Below are positions 60,109 to 64,000 of a DNA stretch of 64,000 nucleotides, piece by piece. Location: the NCBI GenBank assembly GCA_002898315.1, contig BEHV01000004.1:78383-142382 (forward strand), written 5' to 3'. The translations under genes were made by a program, and so were the position numbers. This DNA comes from a bacterium HR19. Its GTDB lineage: Bacteria; Calescibacteriota; Calescibacteriia; Calescibacteriales; Calescibacteriaceae. Under the pieces are notes generated by a model, which did not search any database, was not told the DNA's origin, and worked only from the letters and a program-made list of their open reading frames with translations. The stretch's first letter is position 1. The number at the start of each line of letters is the position of its first letter.

Positions 60109-60903
60109 TTACTTGGGATTTTCAGAAGATTTACCTGAACCTCTCACAAAGTACAGTAAACCTATTCCCATTCCTCCCTGATTCCAGTTTTCAACTATTT
60201 CCTCGTAGTAATTGTACTGTTCTTTGATTTCCTTCCAAAATTTTGGAACTCCTCCGACTCGTCCTTATGGACCGGGGACTATGTCGTGAAAGACGATTAT
60301 TCCACCTTCTGCGACCAATTCGCTGTACATCTCAAAATCCCTTTTCACCCCTTCATACGAATGATCTCCATCTATAAAGAGCAAATCAATTTTTCTCCCG
60401 TTTAAGATAGATTTGACTTTTTCAAGAGTTTCTTTTCTATGTGAATCCATTATGAGAGGGTAGATTTTTTGTTTTGGCAAAGCGAAATATTTGTATAAAA
60501 ATTTTCTCCATTCAGAGTATCCACCGCCGAACTTGCCACCGGGTAAATCTATGGTTACTATTGTTGCATCTTCGGAAGCAGTGCGAGATATAAGGAATAA
60601 AGTACCGCCTCTGGCAGTCCCTATTTCTAAAACCGCTCCGGGTTTAATTTTTGATATAATCTGTAAGAAATTTAAAATCTCCCTTCTGCTTTGGAAAGGA
60701 GCGATTATTCCGCAAATTCCATCAAAAGCAAAATCAACAAGCTCATTTAAGTTATTTGCTCTGAAAAGTTTGATTTTGAGTAATGCGTACGGTAGTAAAA
60801 GTCCTGTTCTTTCCCCCACATAGACAAAAAATTTTTTGAAAAACACTTTTATGCCGCCATTTTTTAAGATTTCAATTCCCCTACTCAATATATTATTTTG
60901 CAT
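60109..60903 (-). pseudogene. TylF/CmcI-like class I SAM-dependent O-methyltransferase interrupted by an in-frame TAA at 60265-60267
   Basis: LEIGTARGGTLFL...LLFIDGDHSYEGVKRD...GGIIVFHDIVPGP*GRVGGVPKFWKEIKEQYNYYEEIVENWNQGG continues in the same frame after the stop. The full frame would be 264 aa, typical for the family. Confidence 0.55.
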
Positions 60904-60971
60904 ACTCTACCCTCTCCGATTTATATTGTAGGAAAAACTCACTTGAACAAGAATTTGTCGGGATTATCTTT

Positions 60972-61694
60972 TTACTCATCGTTTATGTTTTGCTTTTGAA
61001 ATAAAATTGCCCCCATATATGCTTTTACATTTTCAATTTTAACGCTTGGGTTATTGAGTTTGAACAACTTTATAACTTTGTTTTCAGATAGCGGAGGATA
61101 ATTTTCAAACATAAATCTCAAAAAACTTTGTATCTCGCTATTTTGCGAATAAACCATCATAAATGGCATTATGATATTGAGAAACATTTCCTCTTTTCTT
61201 TGCAGTCCAATTCCCTCAAAATTCATTATATCTTTGAGAGATTTTCGGGGGTTTTTGTTTTTAGTCTCTGATTTTATTCTTTCCAAGAAGAAATTTACGA
61301 TACCGCTTTCAGTGGTTTTCTCCAAAAGCCCCGATATTGCTTTTATTCTTTTTTCCGGGAAATTTGCTGGTCTTATGCCTTTATAAACCCATACAGATTT
61401 ATCCATTCTCAGAGAAAAATCAAAATCTTTTGGCAGATCTTCTTTATCATCTGTAAATCCAGCTCTATATAAAAGTGCTTTTTCTATAATGTGCTTTTCT
61501 TTTAATTTTCTTATTTCTGAGTATGGGGTGATCAAAGCAAGTTCAAGAAAATTCACTTTGTTTTTGGGGTAGCCGAGCGAGAGCATAATTTCTCTGTAAA
61601 GTGCTTCATCGGGAAGGGCAATTTTGAGAAGATTTTGCATCCTTTGCTTTTTGAGTTCAAGCCATTTTTCGCCGAAAATATTTAAATTAATCAT
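60972..61694 (-). CDS. hypothetical protein, paralogue of the C-terminal helical domain of the DUF2851-family protein at 38310-39368
   Basis: Block similarity by eye. RPANFPEKRIKAI matches RPKNYPLQRARAL. EGIGLQRKEEMFLNIIMPFMMVYSQNSEI matches EGLGKSRLRTTIANVILPYLLIAYPSQDEI. SLGYPKNKVNFLELALITPYSEI matches ALGYEMARNFMLHIARKYPLSYVE. Confidence 0.45.
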   Translation of the reverse strand: MINLNIFGEKWLELKKQRMQNLLKIALPDEALYREIMLSLGYPKNKVNFLELALITPYSEIRKLKEKHIIEKALLYRAGFTDDKEDLPKDFDFSLRMDKSVWVYKGIRPANFPEKRIKAISGLLEKTTESGIVNFFLERIKSETKNKNPRKSLKDIMNFEGIGLQRKEEMFLNIIMPFMMVYSQNSEIQSFLRFMFENYPPLSENKVIKLFKLNNPSVKIENVKAYMGAILFQKQNINDE

Positions 61695-61718
61695 TTCCTA
61701 TTATTAATGCTGCCGTTT

Positions 61719-62255
61719 TCATTTTAATCGCAAACCTATTTTTCTAAAAAAATCCATTAGGTTAAGAGTGGTGATTCCAAAATGATTTGCTATGTATGGA
61801 ATACGATCAGGAGCATTTTTCTCGTCTGATATGATTAGAGCTTCTTCACAAATAGCAAGTGCAATGACCCATGGGTCAGCCCATTCTCGCCCCTTTCTAT
61901 TTATCTCTGCCTCCCAATGCCTTTTAGAGTATTGAGTTTTTATATCCTCTATCTTTGAAATTTGACAATCATCAATATCCTTAAATATTTTTTTATGTTT
62001 TTCACACCATTTTTTTGCTTCGTCATCTCTTTCCCTTACTTCTTTTAATACTGTGTTATGAGAAAGAGAAATCAATCGGCCAGTTTTTATAAGCTTTTCT
62101 AATTTTTCCCATAATCCAGGAAAAATATCTTCTGGATATGGAGAATAACGTAAGCCACTATGCCGGAAAAGATTTATTATGGATGAAGCATCTATACAAT
62201 ATATTTCTTCTTTTTCTTTTTTAAAAAGTTCAAGTTGCTGTTTTTTGCTCGCCAT
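61719..62255 (-). CDS. DUF4411-like (PIN-like) protein, predicted toxin partner of the upstream Xre/ImmA gene
   Basis: 178 aa. N-terminal EIYCIDASSIINL is PIN-like. It is 26 nt-overlapped with the upstream ImmA/IrrE gene. Family assignment is from memory of DUF4411 architecture. Confidence 0.5.
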   Translation of the reverse strand: MASKKQQLELFKKEKEEIYCIDASSIINLFRHSGLRYSPYPEDIFPGLWEKLEKLIKTGRLISLSHNTVLKEVRERDDEAKKWCEKHKKIFKDIDDCQISKIEDIKTQYSKRHWEAEINRKGREWADPWVIALAICEEALIISDEKNAPDRIPYIANHFGITTLNLMDFFRKIGLRLK

Positions 62256-63351
62256 ATAACAGCTTCTCTGCGTATTTAGATTTTAAATCAAGAATGTTTA
62301 AAGCCTCGTAGTATGAAATTTTTTCTTGGAATAATGCTTCTTTCACCCTTTTTATAACCAAATTACCAGTTCTATTTCTGAATACTCCTTCCCAATTCTT
62401 ATAACCTTTTACTGCTTCTTCCTTTTTCTTTTCTTCAAGGATTTTTTTCAATTCATAATATTTGGTTTCGTTTATCTCTTTCAAGTATAATAATCTCAAA
62501 AGAATAACTTGCTTACTCACCCCATAGATTTTTGAAATCTCTTCTATGATTGAAAGAATATTGTTTTCATTAATCTTAGATTTTTTAAGTTCAATTTTTA
62601 AATCTTCAATTGGAACTAGAAATTCCGCTGAGAATTTATTACAATATGACTCTTCTTTAAACTCTCTTTCAACCTCGTATTCCAGAGAACATACCCCAGA
62701 ATTTTTCCGTAAAATGTGGCACATTTCATGAAAAAGGGAAAATAATTTTACTGACGGATGATCACTTTCATTTAAAACAATACCAGATAAATCAGGATAA
62801 TAAATACTAAAAGCTCTAACATCATCAGAATTTTCTTTCTTTTTTGCAGGTTTTAGTGGATATTCAATAATTATAAGATTTAATTTGGCCTCAATCTTGT
62901 TTTTGTAAATTTCTAACAAAACATGGGGTTTTTGATTTTTTATTAAATCAACCTCAATAAAGTTTCTGAATTCCTTGACTAATTTTTCTGGTGGAAGGGT
63001 TAATGGAAACTCTGGGATATTGGATTTTACCGTTTTTAGTTCCCTTAATTTATCTATCAAATAAGTCAACTTTCTTTGTGCTAAAAAAACCTCAGAATTA
63101 ATTCTCTTTTCTCTATTAAGCCTGTAATCAGGAATAGCTTGTAATACTGGTATCTCATCTGAAAAGAAAGCTACTATTGGGCGTTTTAGAGTTTGAGCAA
63201 GTTTTTTTAATTGCCCAAGCGTGATCTTGCCTTCATCAATCCTTTGAAGAGATATTTTTAATTTTTCTGATATTTCTTTTTCATCAAAACCTGATAATCT
63301 TATCAATGCTTTTAGAACCTCAGGTTTAATTTTTATTTCCTTTTTAATCAT
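62230..63351 (-). CDS. Xre-type HTH fused to an ImmA/IrrE-family (COG2856) zinc metallopeptidase
   Basis: N-terminal HTH: LKALIRLSGFDEKEISEKLKISLQRIDEGKITLGQLKKLAQTL. HEXXH: LFSLFHEMCHIL. Confidence 0.75.
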   Translation of the reverse strand: MIKKEIKIKPEVLKALIRLSGFDEKEISEKLKISLQRIDEGKITLGQLKKLAQTLKRPIVAFFSDEIPVLQAIPDYRLNREKRINSEVFLAQRKLTYLIDKLRELKTVKSNIPEFPLTLPPEKLVKEFRNFIEVDLIKNQKPHVLLEIYKNKIEAKLNLIIIEYPLKPAKKKENSDDVRAFSIYYPDLSGIVLNESDHPSVKLFSLFHEMCHILRKNSGVCSLEYEVEREFKEESYCNKFSAEFLVPIEDLKIELKKSKINENNILSIIEEISKIYGVSKQVILLRLLYLKEINETKYYELKKILEEKKKEEAVKGYKNWEGVFRNRTGNLVIKRVKEALFQEKISYYEALNILDLKSKYAEKLLYGEQKTAT

Positions 63352-63406
63352 ACTAAAAACCTCCTAAATTATTAGTTTCATCTGTTTAAAAATTATAATT
63401 CATCTC

Positions 63407-64000
63407 TCACACACTCCTTGCTTTTTCTAATCTTGTTTTTACGAGTTCGGCGACTGCCCAGTAAACTTCTTTTCGTTCTTCTTCGGTTAAGCCAAGGGCG
63501 TCAAAGACAATATCATCAAGGGCTTTTCTGTCGGGCAGTGGATTTGGCTCTTGATCTCCAATGGGCTTTGATGGGTCAAAACCAAGTTCGGTGAAGATGG
63601 AGTTAATTTCTCTTTTTGAAATTTTATTGAAAATCTCAGTTATACTTGTTCTTTCCTTGTGGTTTAGTTTGGAAATGTCAAATATCATAAAGTTTTTAAA
63701 ATATATAGGGTTTTGTTTTATAGCACCTTCACCCAAATTAGATATACCAAACAATTCCCAGTAAATCATATTAAACGATGCATTAAGAACTATAGTAAAG
63801 ATTTCATTTGCAAAATTTTGAATTGGATATATTCCTACAATATTAGCATCATTGAAAAACTTTTCATTATGAGATACAATCAATCTATCATAATTAACCA
63901 TTGGATATCCACACAAAGATTTTTCTTGTAGCCCCAAATCCCACCACCTTTCCCTTTGCTTGCAAGTTGGTCTATTCTGATACCCCTGTTTTTCTCCCCA
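63407..64000 (-). CDS. C-terminal portion of a larger protein whose start lies beyond the window end, possibly a restriction-modification / type IIG-like enzyme
   Basis: The frame stays open to position 64000; the track simply used a TTG. The C-terminus ALDDIVFDALGLTEEERKEVYWAVAELV resembles the conserved tail of type IIG/PglX-like methyltransferase-nucleases, from memory. Confidence 0.35.
   Translation of the reverse strand, partial: WGEKQGYQNRPTCKQRERWWDLGLQEKSLCGYPMVNYDRLIVSHNEKFFNDANIVGIYPIQNFANEIFTIVLNASFNMIYWELFGISNLGEGAIKQNPIYFKNFMIFDISKLNHKERTSITEIFNKISKREINSIFTELGFDPSKPIGDQEPNPLPDRKALDDIVFDALGLTEEERKEVYWAVAELVKTRLEKARSV

Noticed and set aside
1-64000. CRISPR arrays, rRNA genes, integrase/transposase genes
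   Set aside because: I scanned the intergenic regions and the ORF list. No regularly spaced direct repeats, no rRNA-like conserved blocks, and no recombinase motifs were found.

Overview
This window looks like low-GC (~35-38%) bacterial chromosome, densely coded on both strands, from an outer-membrane-bearing, flagellated organism. That reading rests on a BamD-like lipoprotein, predicted beta-barrel proteins, pseudopilins and flagellar genes. The proteins are rich in K, E and I, which suggests a thermophile; I cannot place the taxon more precisely.

Most of the window is ordinary housekeeping.
- Acyl-CoA metabolism, dispersed rather than clustered: acyl-CoA synthetase, acyl-CoA dehydrogenase, thiolase, enoyl-CoA hydratase, a 3-hydroxyacyl-CoA-dehydrogenase-type SDR, and a stand-alone B12-binding domain.
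- Scattered flagellar genes: flgE-flgD-fliK, fliM, and a fliH-like gene.
- Other core genes: leuA/cimA, dxr, pyrR, PBP1A, lon, tyrS, pntAB, rpe, mtnA, pcm, rsfS, tlyA.
- Four tRNAs, found by eye: Val-CAC, Leu-CAG, Leu-GAG, Lys-TTT.

Two stretches look accessory.
- 15983-17978: a compact putative type II restriction-modification pair, sitting between a pseudopilin gene and a protease gene.
- 58994-64000: a more AT-rich block just downstream of tRNA-Lys that carries defence-type and decaying genes. In order these are a PLD (HKD) nuclease-domain gene broken by several frameshifts; a TylF/CmcI-like SAM methyltransferase with an in-frame TAA; a three-gene minus-strand module (Xre-HTH fused to an ImmA/IrrE metallopeptidase, a DUF4411 PIN-like protein, and a 240-aa protein I read as a paralogue of the C-terminal domain of the DUF2851-family gene at 38310-39368); and the C-terminal end of a larger restriction-modification-like protein that runs off the window edge.

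The three-gene module with its unreported third component is my best candidate for an undescribed system. Its two-gene core (Xre/ImmA plus DUF4411) is a known predicted toxin-antitoxin-like pairing.

Other points worth a second look: a pirin gene split by a +1 frameshift; an rplP (L16) gene outside any ribosomal-protein cluster; an orphan NurA-like nuclease candidate; a FliH-family protein with a ~330-aa acidic N-terminal extension; a trypsin-like protease with a Cys-rich insertion.

I saw no CRISPR array, no rRNA and no integrase. Every family assignment is from reading motifs by eye, with no database search.
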